Source of the DNA: Candidatus Thorarchaeota archaeon | GTDB taxonomy: Archaea; Asgardarchaeota; Thorarchaeia; Thorarchaeales; Thorarchaeaceae | NCBI GenBank assembly: GCA_008080745.1 | Contig: SHMX01000005.1 | Span: forward strand, 90,001-122,000 | Length of the DNA: 32,000 nt | Direction: 5' to 3' | In this document: piece by piece, positions 1 to 9,546 of the stretch | How positions within the stretch are numbered: the stretch's first letter is position 1 | Layout: each line of letters begins with the position of its first letter | The notes under the pieces: generated by a model | Told to the model about the DNA's origin: nothing | The model's input: the letters and a program-made list of their open reading frames with translations, nothing else | Databases searched by the model: none | Position numbers and translations under genes: made by a program

Positions 1-1
1 T

Positions 2-316
2 CATGCAATCAAGGGAACTATTATTCCAATGACCAGTGCTATTACAAATCTCACAAATTTGCTTTGGCGATTTTCTTTCTCTTCTATTTTGAACTGTAAC
101 ACAAGCTGCATCATTGACGAGTTGGTACTTACTGTTTATCCTGTCAGAATGGGAGAATATCGATACTCGATTGATTATATGTATACTACCCGTGCTGGCC
201 CTCTGAATCCGAGATATATTTTGATTTCAATTACATTAGTTACAATTTCTTTTGCAGCATATGTGCTTTTGAATATTGAACTTCACTGGGCAGTTAGTGG
301 GAAACGGCATTGCTAA
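2..316 (+). CDS. 5'-truncated hypothetical protein, C-terminal part with a membrane anchor
   Basis: The frame is open from base 2 (HAIKGTIIPMTSAITNLT...) to TAA at 314-316. It ends in a hydrophobic segment (YILISITLVTISFAAYVLL) followed by GKRH, and has two N-X-S/T sequons (NLT, NTS). Confidence 0.6.
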   Translation, partial: HAIKGTIIPMTSAITNLTNLLWRFSFSSILNCNTSCIIDELVLTVYPVRMGEYRYSIDYMYTTRAGPLNPRYILISITLVTISFAAYVLLNIELHWAVSGKRHC

Positions 317-395
317 TGACAAAACTGCAATCATTATTTTCTCACTAACAAATATGTTATATGTGGTAGGCGTTCTACTTAGTCTGGTTACTAAA

Positions 396-1667
396 TTGAG
401 CGATTCGAGAAAAACCAACCGGATAGTTGCTTTTGTTGAGCATTATCCACCGTTTTTAGGGTCTGATCGCTCAATATTTGAATTAGCAAAGCGAGTCGCC
501 AAAAAGGGGAGAAGAATTCACTTTGTTGCAACACAACCACTGAGATATCTAGTAGGTCAGAGACCTCCTGACTGGGAATACACAAAAAACTGGGAGGGCC
601 CGGTTCCCAAGACCCATAAGAATATCTCTGCAAAGTACCTCTTATCAAGAAAATCTCTTCTGTCTGCCTGGAGAATATTTCCTCCTCTCGCATTACTTCT
701 GACATTGCTTACTTTCACCATATCTTCGATACGGGAGATTAATCGTTTCAAACCCGATGTAATTGTTGTTGCTCATGCATCTCCTATTGTTGGCATTGTT
801 GGAACACTTGCTGGAAAGCTCACAGGCCGTCCGATAGTTATGGGATGTCCTGACTGGATGACTGCATACGGTGCAGAACTAATCAAAGGTGAATTGAATG
901 CACTCGGACGGGTCTTTCTCCATCTTATAGAGATGACTTTATACAAGTGGTCTGATCGCATATTTGCTGCTACTACTTTTCTAAAACGTCTGTTGATTCA
1001 ACATGAAATTGAACCATCCAAAATAACAGTGATACCCAATGGTGTTGACGCAAGACAATTCAATCCTGATGTAGATTCTAGTGAAATCAAGTCGCAATAC
1101 GGTCTAATGGATAAGTCTGTTGTAATCTTTTCAGGACATCTTGAGGAGTGGGCTGGTGTTTCCGTTGTTTACCATCTGGCCGAACGACTTCATCGTGAAG
1201 TTCCCAATGCACGAATTTTACTGGTGGGTGCAGGAGTGAAGCTCAATCTCCTTTTTGATAGACTCTCAGAAAATGGATTGTCTGAAGTGGTAATTTATGC
1301 TGGACTTCATCCTCATGAGGCGATTCCAAAATTCACGGCTGCGTCAGATGTAGCTCTCTGTATCTTTCCTGACACTGCAGTATCCCATGCTGCCTCTCCT
1401 CTAAAATTGTTTGAATATATGGGCTCTGGCAATGCAATCGTTGCGACACGAGTTGCTGGAACTGCAGAAATATTGCGTGATGATGTAGGAATGCTTGTAC
1501 CCCCTGGTGATACTGATGCAATATGCGACGCCACCATACATCTCTTCCTTGACTCAACCCTTCGGAAGAAATTAGGGGATCACGCAAGAGAACTTGTTGA
1601 ACAAAAGTATTCTTGGACTCTTTTAGCAGACCAATTTTTGGCTTTATGTGATACCACTATTTCCTAA
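396..1667 (+). CDS. Glycosyltransferase family 4 (GT-B), WbuB-like SPLKLFEY subtype
   Basis: Motifs VEHYPPFLGS, VIPNGVD, FSGHLEEWAG and SPLKLFEYMGSG. The start is probably TTG at 396 (ATG 354 is possible). The ORF-track start at 276 overlaps the upstream gene. Confidence 0.9.
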   Translation: MSDSRKTNRIVAFVEHYPPFLGSDRSIFELAKRVAKKGRRIHFVATQPLRYLVGQRPPDWEYTKNWEGPVPKTHKNISAKYLLSRKSLLSAWRIFPPLALLLTLLTFTISSIREINRFKPDVIVVAHASPIVGIVGTLAGKLTGRPIVMGCPDWMTAYGAELIKGELNALGRVFLHLIEMTLYKWSDRIFAATTFLKRLLIQHEIEPSKITVIPNGVDARQFNPDVDSSEIKSQYGLMDKSVVIFSGHLEEWAGVSVVYHLAERLHREVPNARILLVGAGVKLNLLFDRLSENGLSEVVIYAGLHPHEAIPKFTAASDVALCIFPDTAVSHAASPLKLFEYMGSGNAIVATRVAGTAEILRDDVGMLVPPGDTDAICDATIHLFLDSTLRKKLGDHARELVEQKYSWTLLADQFLALCDTTIS

Positions 1668-2877
1668 GTGTTATACGATAATTAATCAAAGTCTGTTTTG
1701 CACCTTGAATCCACGATTGACTCTTCGCACATTGTTTATGAGTATCCCCCATTTTCTTGGCAGTTTCTGGATTTCCAATAATATAATCTATCTTCTCAGC
1801 AAGGTCCTTAGCATCTCTAGACCTAAAGGTAACAACACTACTATCTAGTGATTCTTGATTATGATATCCTACATCAGATGCTAATATTGGTGTTCCATAT
1901 CCTGCGAAATTATGAATTGGACCACTCGCGCCGACACTCTCAGTGTATGGTACAAGAATTATCGAAGCGGCTGAGAAATATTTTGGAATATCTTTGTCTT
2001 GGATATATCCTGAATCAATGCGAATATTTTCTTCAAGCGAATATTTCTTTACTATGGTTTTGGTATCCTCCAGATATCTTTCTCCTTCAGCTCCTACTGG
2101 CTTTCCTGCAATTAACAAGAGAATATCAGGATATCGGTTAGAGAGAAGATTTATTGCTTCTATTGCCTGCTCCAGTCCTTTCCCCGGCTTAATGAATCCG
2201 AAAACAAGCACAATTCTTCTATCGTTTAGACCGAGTTGTGATTTTGCCTCGTCCGGTTCTATCACCTTTTCTACCTTACTACACGGATGTGGAATCTCTA
2301 AGATTTTACTTTCAGGTATTCCATATTCCTTCAAAAAAACTCGTTTCAGTTCAGAGTTTAAACATACGGTACTCAATTGAATGGTATTTGTTCCCAAATC
2401 AAGTAATTTCATATAGATACTGAAGAATACTTCCGCAAAAGGGGCAAACACTCCAAGTCTTGGATAAGTTCTAACTCGTCGTTGGACTTGATCTTTCATC
2501 CAAGTACTATGAGAAGTCACAGTCGTCCTAATCCCACATAATTGCAGTAAAACTAAAAGAATTAGCATTACTTCTCCAAACATACCCCCATAGATTAGCT
2601 TGTCTGGTCCAAATTGCACATGAACAAGATGTGGATTTATCTCTCTAATTTTTCTAAGCAGTGTTAGAGGATATGTCACATCTCTTCCATTCCATATTGG
2701 AACTGTGTGTACTCTCCCTCCCATTTCTGGGAGTGGATTTGCTTCTTTGCCCGTGATAGCAAATATCTCGATGTTTGCAATTTCAACCAATTTGTTAATC
2801 AGTTTTACAGTGTATGTTGATTCCCCTGTCTTTTGGGGTGGTAATGGAGAGATAATTACTAGTCGAAACATCATCAT
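1657..2877 (-). CDS. Glycosyltransferase family 4, mannosyltransferase-like subtype lacking the second Glu of EX7E
   Basis: Motifs SPLPPQKTGESTY, HVQF, IPHP, VFGFIKPGKGLE and LVPYTESVGASGPI. Confidence 0.88.
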   Translation of the reverse strand: MMMFRLVIISPLPPQKTGESTYTVKLINKLVEIANIEIFAITGKEANPLPEMGGRVHTVPIWNGRDVTYPLTLLRKIREINPHLVHVQFGPDKLIYGGMFGEVMLILLVLLQLCGIRTTVTSHSTWMKDQVQRRVRTYPRLGVFAPFAEVFFSIYMKLLDLGTNTIQLSTVCLNSELKRVFLKEYGIPESKILEIPHPCSKVEKVIEPDEAKSQLGLNDRRIVLVFGFIKPGKGLEQAIEAINLLSNRYPDILLLIAGKPVGAEGERYLEDTKTIVKKYSLEENIRIDSGYIQDKDIPKYFSAASIILVPYTESVGASGPIHNFAGYGTPILASDVGYHNQESLDSSVVTFRSRDAKDLAEKIDYIIGNPETAKKMGDTHKQCAKSQSWIQGAKQTLINYRITLRK

Positions 2878-2993
2878 GATTTGTCATATATATACATCTA
2901 TAGGATTTCCGGTAGATTGATTTAGTCTATAGAATTGCATTTCCATGCAATAGTTATGTCTGATGGCCATTGAGTAATGTGGGAGATGCGAGT

Positions 2994-4541
2994 ATGACAA
3001 CCGATACAATCAGTGTAGCAAGAGGCACGACCGCCTTTTTTGGCCAGTCCGTTATATCGGGTTTCCTCCGAATACTGAACATTATGATTCTAACCAGATT
3101 GCTTTTTCAGGATCAAATTGGACAGATTGCTCTTATTGGTATCATCTATGGGTTTATGCAATTTCTGGGTGCTCTAGGGTTCAATCATGCTGCCCCATTG
3201 GTTGTAGCAGAGGCTGAAGAGCGTGGAAAACTCGGTATCATTCGTATCTTCTTATCAAGATCACTTGGCTTGATATTATTAAGCTCAATATTCCTAATTG
3301 CATTGCTATATTATTTCAGTCCTATTTTGATAATTAATGGGTTATTGTCTGAACGTACTCTACAAATACTATTACTAATTGGGCTATTTTCATCCTTAGA
3401 GGTGTTTTTGGATTCGTTTCTCTTAGCACGCTATTCCGTTCGTAATCTAACAATTGGACGGATAATATTTGATACGACAAGAGTTCTCTTGAGTGTAGTA
3501 TTAGTTCTTACAGGATTTGGTGTTGCTGGTGTCGCATTAGGCTGGCTCTTTGCAGAAATATTCGCAGTATTTTTCTATGGAGCTTTTGCAAAACGTGGAA
3601 TGCCCTCCGATTCAGAATCAACTATAGAATTTCGTCCTATTATCGTCTTCGCATTGTCAAGTTTGTTATTTCAGGCAATAGATGTAGCAATCCAGAATAC
3701 TGATCGTTTGATTCTCCTATATCAGACCGACCTAGTAGCTTTGGGTGTATATGACGTTATGCTCTCAATACTCTTCATGATGAGTTTCGTGTCATTGGCT
3801 ATCTCCACTTCTCTTTATCCGATTTTTACCAAAGTACGTGTTTCATCAGATATGGGTGAACAAAATCGTCTTGGCAATGCCACTGGATATACGATTCGAT
3901 ACATTCTGATACTTTTGATTCCCCTTGCTGTGATTGCAGCCATCAATCCTAATGCAATTCTTACACATGTATTTAGTTCCGCTTATGCAAACTATCCCAA
4001 TGCATGTTTTGCATTCTCTATTCTGGTACTATCGTATGTAGCATGGGGTGTAGTATATGCTCTCCATATTATTCTAAGATCTCTTGGGGAGGCGATATTT
4101 TTCGTCATTTCAGGTCTTGTTGTATTTTTCTTTGAGATATTTGGTGCTTGGTATCTCACATCCTGGTTTGGTTTACTCGGTTCAGCGCTGATTCGTGCTT
4201 GCTATATCCATCTACTTCTTGTAACTGCATTATGGCGATTAGGTCAGAAGCAGGTCAGTATCAAAATCAATTTATCCAAACGGATTCTAAGGATTATTTT
4301 TCCTTCTATTCTCGCAGGGATACTGGTGTATTGGTCGAACCCGAAATCCCTCTTAGAACTTGGATTATCTGGGATTGTATCACTATTTCTCTATTTCGTG
4401 ATTTTGCTGTTTTCTCGAGAAATGATTCCATTCGATATCAGAGTGGCCCGTGCAATATTTCCTTCATATTTTAATAGTCTAATTGATTGGATTGAAGCCA
4501 AATTCCTAGATACTGAACTGATCGAAATCTATGGTTCCTAA
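2994..4541 (+). CDS. Wzx/MATE-like oligosaccharide flippase (polysaccharide biosynthesis protein)
   Basis: About 12-14 hydrophobic segments, N-terminal 'ILTRLL..QIGQIALIGIIY' pattern and central 'NTDRLIL..LGVYD' pattern. ATG 2994 follows GGGAGA; TTG 2970 is an alternative start. Confidence 0.85.
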   Translation: MTTDTISVARGTTAFFGQSVISGFLRILNIMILTRLLFQDQIGQIALIGIIYGFMQFLGALGFNHAAPLVVAEAEERGKLGIIRIFLSRSLGLILLSSIFLIALLYYFSPILIINGLLSERTLQILLLIGLFSSLEVFLDSFLLARYSVRNLTIGRIIFDTTRVLLSVVLVLTGFGVAGVALGWLFAEIFAVFFYGAFAKRGMPSDSESTIEFRPIIVFALSSLLFQAIDVAIQNTDRLILLYQTDLVALGVYDVMLSILFMMSFVSLAISTSLYPIFTKVRVSSDMGEQNRLGNATGYTIRYILILLIPLAVIAAINPNAILTHVFSSAYANYPNACFAFSILVLSYVAWGVVYALHIILRSLGEAIFFVISGLVVFFFEIFGAWYLTSWFGLLGSALIRACYIHLLLVTALWRLGQKQVSIKINLSKRILRIIFPSILAGILVYWSNPKSLLELGLSGIVSLFLYFVILLFSREMIPFDIRVARAIFPSYFNSLIDWIEAKFLDTELIEIYGS

Positions 4542-4565
4542 TTGTGTTCAACTATGACAGATATC

Positions 4566-5738
4566 TTAATTGGTAGTGTTTTGAATCATTTCTACAAATC
4601 TATCCACTACCGATTCCCAACTTAGATTCTTTTCGACACACCTTCTTGCACAACTTTTCATACTATTGATTCTATCTGGTTCCTCTCTCCATATTCTATG
4701 GAATTCTACTAAACCTTCAGCCAAGAGTTTCGCACTATTAGGCTTTACAATAAAACCAAATTGCTCACTCATAAAAGACCGAGGACCGGGAATATCGGTT
4801 GTTAGAACAGGTACACCTGAGGATAAAGCTTCAACTGCTACAAGCCCAAATGTTTCCCGTCTTGATGGCATCAGAAAAAGATCTGATTTTCTATAATTTT
4901 CGAGCAATTCATCTTCTGTTACATATCCCAAGTATTCAATATAATCCTTTGAAGATGCATATTTCTTTACTAATCCCAAGAGTGGCCCAGCACCTATTAT
5001 CCGACAGATAATATCATCAATCACACAATTATACTTGTGTTCAATATACTCCAGGGCTTGAAGTAATAGATCAATACCCTTCTGCCTATCCAATCTGCCT
5101 ACGAACAATAATCTTAGTTTTTGGCTTGGATTGAAATCATCTTGAGACGGATGAAATCTATCTATATCCACACCATTTGGTATGAGGTACACATTTCTCA
5201 TGCCCCAATGTTGATACGTTCTAAAATCTTCTTGATTTAGTACATGATACGTGTCGAATGCCTTTAGAAGAGGTCTTGAAACCAAACGAATGTACAGATT
5301 GTGCAATAGATTATCTTGAAACATACATGCGTGTTGTGCGCTAATTATTGGTCTATTGCAAGAGGCAATCTTTGCAGCAAATACCTGAAAATCCTGCAAA
5401 AAATAGGCATTGAGAAAATATGTTACATCAAAATTATTCATTTGATGAGATAGATCTTGTAATGCTGTCGGTTTGAGAATTGGTGTATTCACCAGATTTG
5501 AAATATTATATGTTGAAATTTCTCGGTATTTTATTCCTTCTTCACATATTTTATTTGGGTACCATAGAGAAGCATCAGATTTGTGACTTATAGGTATGAA
5601 ATCCGTAGCAATAATTTCTACATACAGACCTCTTTTTTTGAGTCGAGGAGCAATTTCGGTTAACCACCGATCACCCCCAGCCCCTACTTTCATGCTCAAG
5701 GGGCTGTATATTAGTAGTTTGATGCTTTCACATTTCAT
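4566..5738 (-). CDS. Glycosyltransferase family 4
   Basis: Motifs GAGGDRW, IPNGVD, FVGRLDRQKG and canonical EX7E (ETFGLVAVE). GGTG lies 8 nt upstream of the ATG. Confidence 0.92.
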   Translation of the reverse strand: MKCESIKLLIYSPLSMKVGAGGDRWLTEIAPRLKKRGLYVEIIATDFIPISHKSDASLWYPNKICEEGIKYREISTYNISNLVNTPILKPTALQDLSHQMNNFDVTYFLNAYFLQDFQVFAAKIASCNRPIISAQHACMFQDNLLHNLYIRLVSRPLLKAFDTYHVLNQEDFRTYQHWGMRNVYLIPNGVDIDRFHPSQDDFNPSQKLRLLFVGRLDRQKGIDLLLQALEYIEHKYNCVIDDIICRIIGAGPLLGLVKKYASSKDYIEYLGYVTEDELLENYRKSDLFLMPSRRETFGLVAVEALSSGVPVLTTDIPGPRSFMSEQFGFIVKPNSAKLLAEGLVEFHRIWREEPDRINSMKSCARRCVEKNLSWESVVDRFVEMIQNTTN

Positions 5739-5872
5739 CCATTACACCGTTCATTGTTTATTGGACAATCTTGGACATCAGAGCGTTGGCCTCCCAGGTA
5801 ACGGCACTGGGTGAAACTCTGTCCTGGTCAGGAATACTATGTCTTGCAACCAGCACACCATTCTGTATCACC

Positions 5873-5880
5873 CTATATAA
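5873..5880 (-). promoter_or_regulatory. TATA-box-like element (TTATATAG) upstream of the GT4 at 4566..5738
   Basis: Archaeal-type TATA sequence in an intergenic region, preceded by a purine-rich stretch. Confidence 0.35.
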
Positions 5881-6050
5881 GCTCCTATCGTTTTTTTGTC
5901 CAGATATGTCCAAGTTTTTATCATCTGTTTGAAACCCCAATTAATCAAAAGATAATCCTCTATGATTTTTTTGAAATGTATACACCTGATTGGCAAAATC
6001 TGTATACGCTGTTTTAACTTCTTTTTTTTGGTTGTTTATAGTGTTCTGCA

Positions 6051-6815
6051 TCATAAAATTAAGCTTAGTACTAAGATGATTGTTATAGTGATAAATCCAA
6101 TACCTAGCAGTGTGAATATAAATTGCTGAATGATTGCTGATATCATTATTCCTATCACTTTTAATGCATAAGTCGGGATATTCTTCACAACTCGTGAAGA
6201 TCGATTCTTATAGTATTTGACCGAGATTGGTACTTCTACAATTTTCACTCTCTGAAACGAGAGACTTAATATCATCTCTTGTGTGTATGTGAAAAGTCCG
6301 GTCAATTTTATTCTCTTTGCTGCATCCCTAGTTAGAGCTCTAAAACCACACTGTGTGTCTCTTATCCGTTTACCTGATAGAATACTCACCAGGAGGCTGA
6401 TTAATAAGTTTCCAATTCGTTTTTTCACTGGAACCTGGTGATAACTTCTACCTATGAAACGAGACCCTAAGACAACATCTGCCTTTCCCTCAACGATTGG
6501 TTTCACCAAATTTTTGATTTCGCTAGGGTTGAACTGTCTGTCTGCATCTATATTTACTATGATATCCGCTCCGTTTTCTAATGCTTTATCAATTCCCATT
6601 TGAAATGCATGAACTACTCCCATATTGTTTCTGAATTTGTATACATAATTGGCACCCGCCTCCTTTGCAAATTCAGCAGTCCGATCCAGCGAGCCGTCAT
6701 CGACAACTAGTATTTCAGTTGTATCAATTCTCTTTATCTCTTGAGGAACTCCTTTTACAACTGAAACGATACTCTGCTCCTCATTAAATGCTGGAATCAC
6801 TACGATAAGCTTCAC
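6051..6815 (-). CDS. Glycosyltransferase family 2, polyprenol-phosphate glycosyltransferase (DPM1/AglD/ArnC-like) with a C-terminal TM helix
   Basis: Motifs VIPAFNEE, VDDGSLD, DXD (IDAD), VLGSRF, DTQCGFRA and VEVPI. GTG start. Confidence 0.9.
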   Translation of the reverse strand: MKLIVVIPAFNEEQSIVSVVKGVPQEIKRIDTTEILVVDDGSLDRTAEFAKEAGANYVYKFRNNMGVVHAFQMGIDKALENGADIIVNIDADRQFNPSEIKNLVKPIVEGKADVVLGSRFIGRSYHQVPVKKRIGNLLISLLVSILSGKRIRDTQCGFRALTRDAAKRIKLTGLFTYTQEMILSLSFQRVKIVEVPISVKYYKNRSSRVVKNIPTYALKVIGIMISAIIQQFIFTLLGIGFITITIILVLSLIL

Positions 6816-6978
6816 AGTTATTCATCCCATAGAGCATTCTGTTATTGAGAAACATCTATGAGATAAGACTTGTGGCAATCATTAAATATCTTAGAATATG
6901 AGAAGAAATCAATACTATCTTCTATGAGAGAAAAGTGTTAATAGAATCTGCATTTTGAACTCTTTAGAGGAATAATCG

Positions 6979-8154
6979 ATGAGAGTCTTTGTCGTTCAAA
7001 ATGTTAGTATGACTCGTCATATGGCTCTTTCTACCTATCTGAGAAATTTTGTAAGTTCCTTATCTCAAATTGATTATCTTGACATAACGGTGCTGACATC
7101 AGAAGGGATTAATAAGAATGCAGATGATTCTGACCACAATATTATCTCCTCTGGAACTGACCTTTATACATTATCTGGAAATTTGTATTTCATTTTCTGG
7201 TCGTTATATACACTATTCCGATGTTCCTTACAAGGGCATATTGATGTTATCCATTGCCTGTATCCCTCTTCATCAACATTAGGTTGTTTACTGTTCAAGT
7301 ATCTATTCAGCCCAAAAACGAAAATTGTGTATGATATTCGCAGTCCTTGGATTATTATGAGCACAAAGCGTGGAAAAATTAGAGGCAGCATGAAGATTTT
7401 CTTTCAGGCAGGTGCTCTAGTATTAGAACGAATTCTATTGAGAATAGTTGATGCTGTTGTATTCATCACCGATGGTCTTCGTAGATATTATGCACAATTG
7501 GGGTTAGAACCTCCAAAAATTTGGATAACATCACCCTCTGGAGTGGATACCGAACATTTTCAACCGAGGGAATCAAACACACTACGAGAGACAATCGGGG
7601 TTGAATCCAGCAGGAAAATATTAGGATATGCCGGAGGGATTGCAGTCACTAGAGAACTCTCTTTTGTTGTGCTATCTTTTAGAAAACTCCAAGAAGAAAC
7701 AAATCAGTCTTGGGCTTTGGTCTTTGTTGGTGACGGCGATAACTTACTAGGTCTGAAACGTCTTGTTCATGATTATCAAATACCTCAAGTTTATTTTGTG
7801 GGCAAAGTATCTTATGATTTGATTCCGGAAATGATTGCCGACTTTGATGTAAGTGTGTGTCATCTCCCTCAAACACCTCTTTTTGATACCTCGTTCCCAA
7901 TGAAAGTTCTCGAGTACCTCGCTTGTGGTGTGCCTGTAATAATGTCCGATATGCCCGCTCATCAAGAATTAGATAAACGATTAAATGGGACATATCTATA
8001 CGATTTTGATGAAACCGATTTCACCAATGCGGCAATCGATGCAGTCCAGTATAATTCGGTGGATACCAGTCAACTAAAATTCTATTCATGGACGGAAATC
8101 GCTTCTAGGATATCCAGATTATATTCTCATCTTATGGTCAAACAATCCCACTAA
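6979..8154 (+). CDS. Glycosyltransferase family 4
   Basis: Motifs PSGVD, GYAGGI, FVGDG and SFPMKVLEYLACG. GAGGA lies upstream of the ATG. Confidence 0.88.
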   Translation: MRVFVVQNVSMTRHMALSTYLRNFVSSLSQIDYLDITVLTSEGINKNADDSDHNIISSGTDLYTLSGNLYFIFWSLYTLFRCSLQGHIDVIHCLYPSSSTLGCLLFKYLFSPKTKIVYDIRSPWIIMSTKRGKIRGSMKIFFQAGALVLERILLRIVDAVVFITDGLRRYYAQLGLEPPKIWITSPSGVDTEHFQPRESNTLRETIGVESSRKILGYAGGIAVTRELSFVVLSFRKLQEETNQSWALVFVGDGDNLLGLKRLVHDYQIPQVYFVGKVSYDLIPEMIADFDVSVCHLPQTPLFDTSFPMKVLEYLACGVPVIMSDMPAHQELDKRLNGTYLYDFDETDFTNAAIDAVQYNSVDTSQLKFYSWTEIASRISRLYSHLMVKQSH

Positions 8155-9472
8155 TGGTTGAGCTGCCTATTGCTCTATATGTGATATTTTTTGGGATTTC
8201 TGTATTAACGAAGACCCTTCGTCCATCCACTAGATATTTCTCTCTCATATTTTCAGTGATTTTCACAAGTCCTATGGATCTATATTCCTTCCAATCGGTC
8301 ATTAGGAATGCCAAATACGAATCTCTCGTGCAGTCCTCTATCGAATCGCATACAGAAAATAACTGTGCAATTTCATTTGGTACTATTTTGAAATTTACCA
8401 CGGGATCATGCACATGTATATCTCCACCATAAGATGCTAAGCGTTGAATTAATGGAATGCTTGGCGAGTCTCTAATATCATCAGTATCTGCCTTGAATGC
8501 CATCCCTAGAATTGAAATTTTCTTCCCCTTTAGTTCAGATAGAGGTATACCTACGAGGGAAAGAAGTCTGTCCGTTGTACTTCTATTGACTTTTTGGACT
8601 GATTCTAATAGGTTCATGGGGAGCTCTCTTTGCCGCCCAAGATGATATAATCCACTAACATCCTTAGGAAGACATGATCCACCGAAACCTAGTCCTGGTC
8701 TAAGGTGACTATCACATATACGATGGTCTGCAACTACACCGTCCATGACATCATCAATATTGACGTGTGGTATCTTTTCTGCCAAGCTTGCCATCTCATT
8801 CGCGAAAGAAATCTTGGTTGCTAAGAATGAGTTACTTGCGTATTTACACATTTCTGCAGATTCGATAGACATGTGTATTACCGGTGGGTTCTCTCTTTTG
8901 ATGCATGGTAGAATCGCATCTTTATATAGATTATACACCCATTGGTCTGATGCACCTATAATCACTCTATCTGGATAGCGTAGGTCATATATTGCATGTC
9001 CTTGCCGTAGAAATTCCGGTTGAAACACCACACCGAATCTTGTTGAATCAAATTGTTTTTGTAATCGGTCAATTACATATGTTCTGGTGGTTCCTGGAGG
9101 TACTGTGCTTCTCATTCCAATTATCACATAGTCATCAACATAACCATCAAAATTGGTTTCGATTGATTGCATCACAGAGTCCACAGCTTTCAAATCAACC
9201 GATCCATCATAACTAGAAGGAGTATTTACACAAATTAAAATCGCATCTTGAGGAGAATTTTTGTAATCAGAACCAACTGCCTTGAGTCTTCCTCTACTGA
9301 TTCCATCTCTTAATAAGGGTGCCAAATCCGGTTCTGCAATAGGGGTTTCTCCTGCATTGATTAGCTCTACCTTTCTCTCATCAATCTCGATAACTGTAAC
9401 ATCGTGATGTGTTGATAGGACCGCTGCTGTTGTTAATCCAACATATCCTGCACCGTATACCGTTATCTTCAA
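8138..9472 (-). CDS. ugd: UDP-glucose 6-dehydrogenase (UDP-glucose/GDP-mannose dehydrogenase family)
   Basis: Motifs GAGYVG, ICVNTP, RSTVPPGT, PEFLRQG, KYASNSFLATKISFANE, catalytic GFGGSCLPKD and AFKADTDDIRDSP. TTG start with AAGGTGG upstream. Confidence 0.93.
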   Translation of the reverse strand: MKITVYGAGYVGLTTAAVLSTHHDVTVIEIDERKVELINAGETPIAEPDLAPLLRDGISRGRLKAVGSDYKNSPQDAILICVNTPSSYDGSVDLKAVDSVMQSIETNFDGYVDDYVIIGMRSTVPPGTTRTYVIDRLQKQFDSTRFGVVFQPEFLRQGHAIYDLRYPDRVIIGASDQWVYNLYKDAILPCIKRENPPVIHMSIESAEMCKYASNSFLATKISFANEMASLAEKIPHVNIDDVMDGVVADHRICDSHLRPGLGFGGSCLPKDVSGLYHLGRQRELPMNLLESVQKVNRSTTDRLLSLVGIPLSELKGKKISILGMAFKADTDDIRDSPSIPLIQRLASYGGDIHVHDPVVNFKIVPNEIAQLFSVCDSIEDCTRDSYLAFLMTDWKEYRSIGLVKITENMREKYLVDGRRVFVNTEIPKNITYRAIGSSTISGIV

Positions 9473-9512
9473 GATTGATTGCCACCTTATATGGACACGA
9501 AATTCATCTGTG

Positions 9513-9524
9513 TATAATATAAAA
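9513..9524 (-). promoter_or_regulatory. TATA-box-like element upstream of ugd
   Basis: TTTTATATTATA on the minus strand about 40-50 nt upstream of the TTG start, followed by a GGTGG RBS. Confidence 0.4.
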
Positions 9525-9546
9525 CCAGCGAACTGACTATTGAATA

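Noticed and set aside
276-395. N-terminal extension of the first GT4 (ORF-track start at 276)
   Set aside because: It overlaps the upstream CDS and precedes the GT4 first beta-strand; a start near 396 fits better.
2934-2951. ATTGCAT-TTCC-ATGCAAT dyad in the divergent GT4/flippase gap
   Set aside because: A single 7-bp dyad in AT-rich DNA with no second copy noticed; too weak to support.
5758-5940. 60-aa minus-strand ORF in the long intergenic gap
   Set aside because: No recognisable motif or RBS, and it runs across a TATA-like box and the repeat structure. It is more likely non-coding.
5739-6053. Possible TGA readthrough or frameshifted extension of the GT2 gene
   Set aside because: The frame closes again four codons after the TGA, and no other frame gives a convincing TM continuation.
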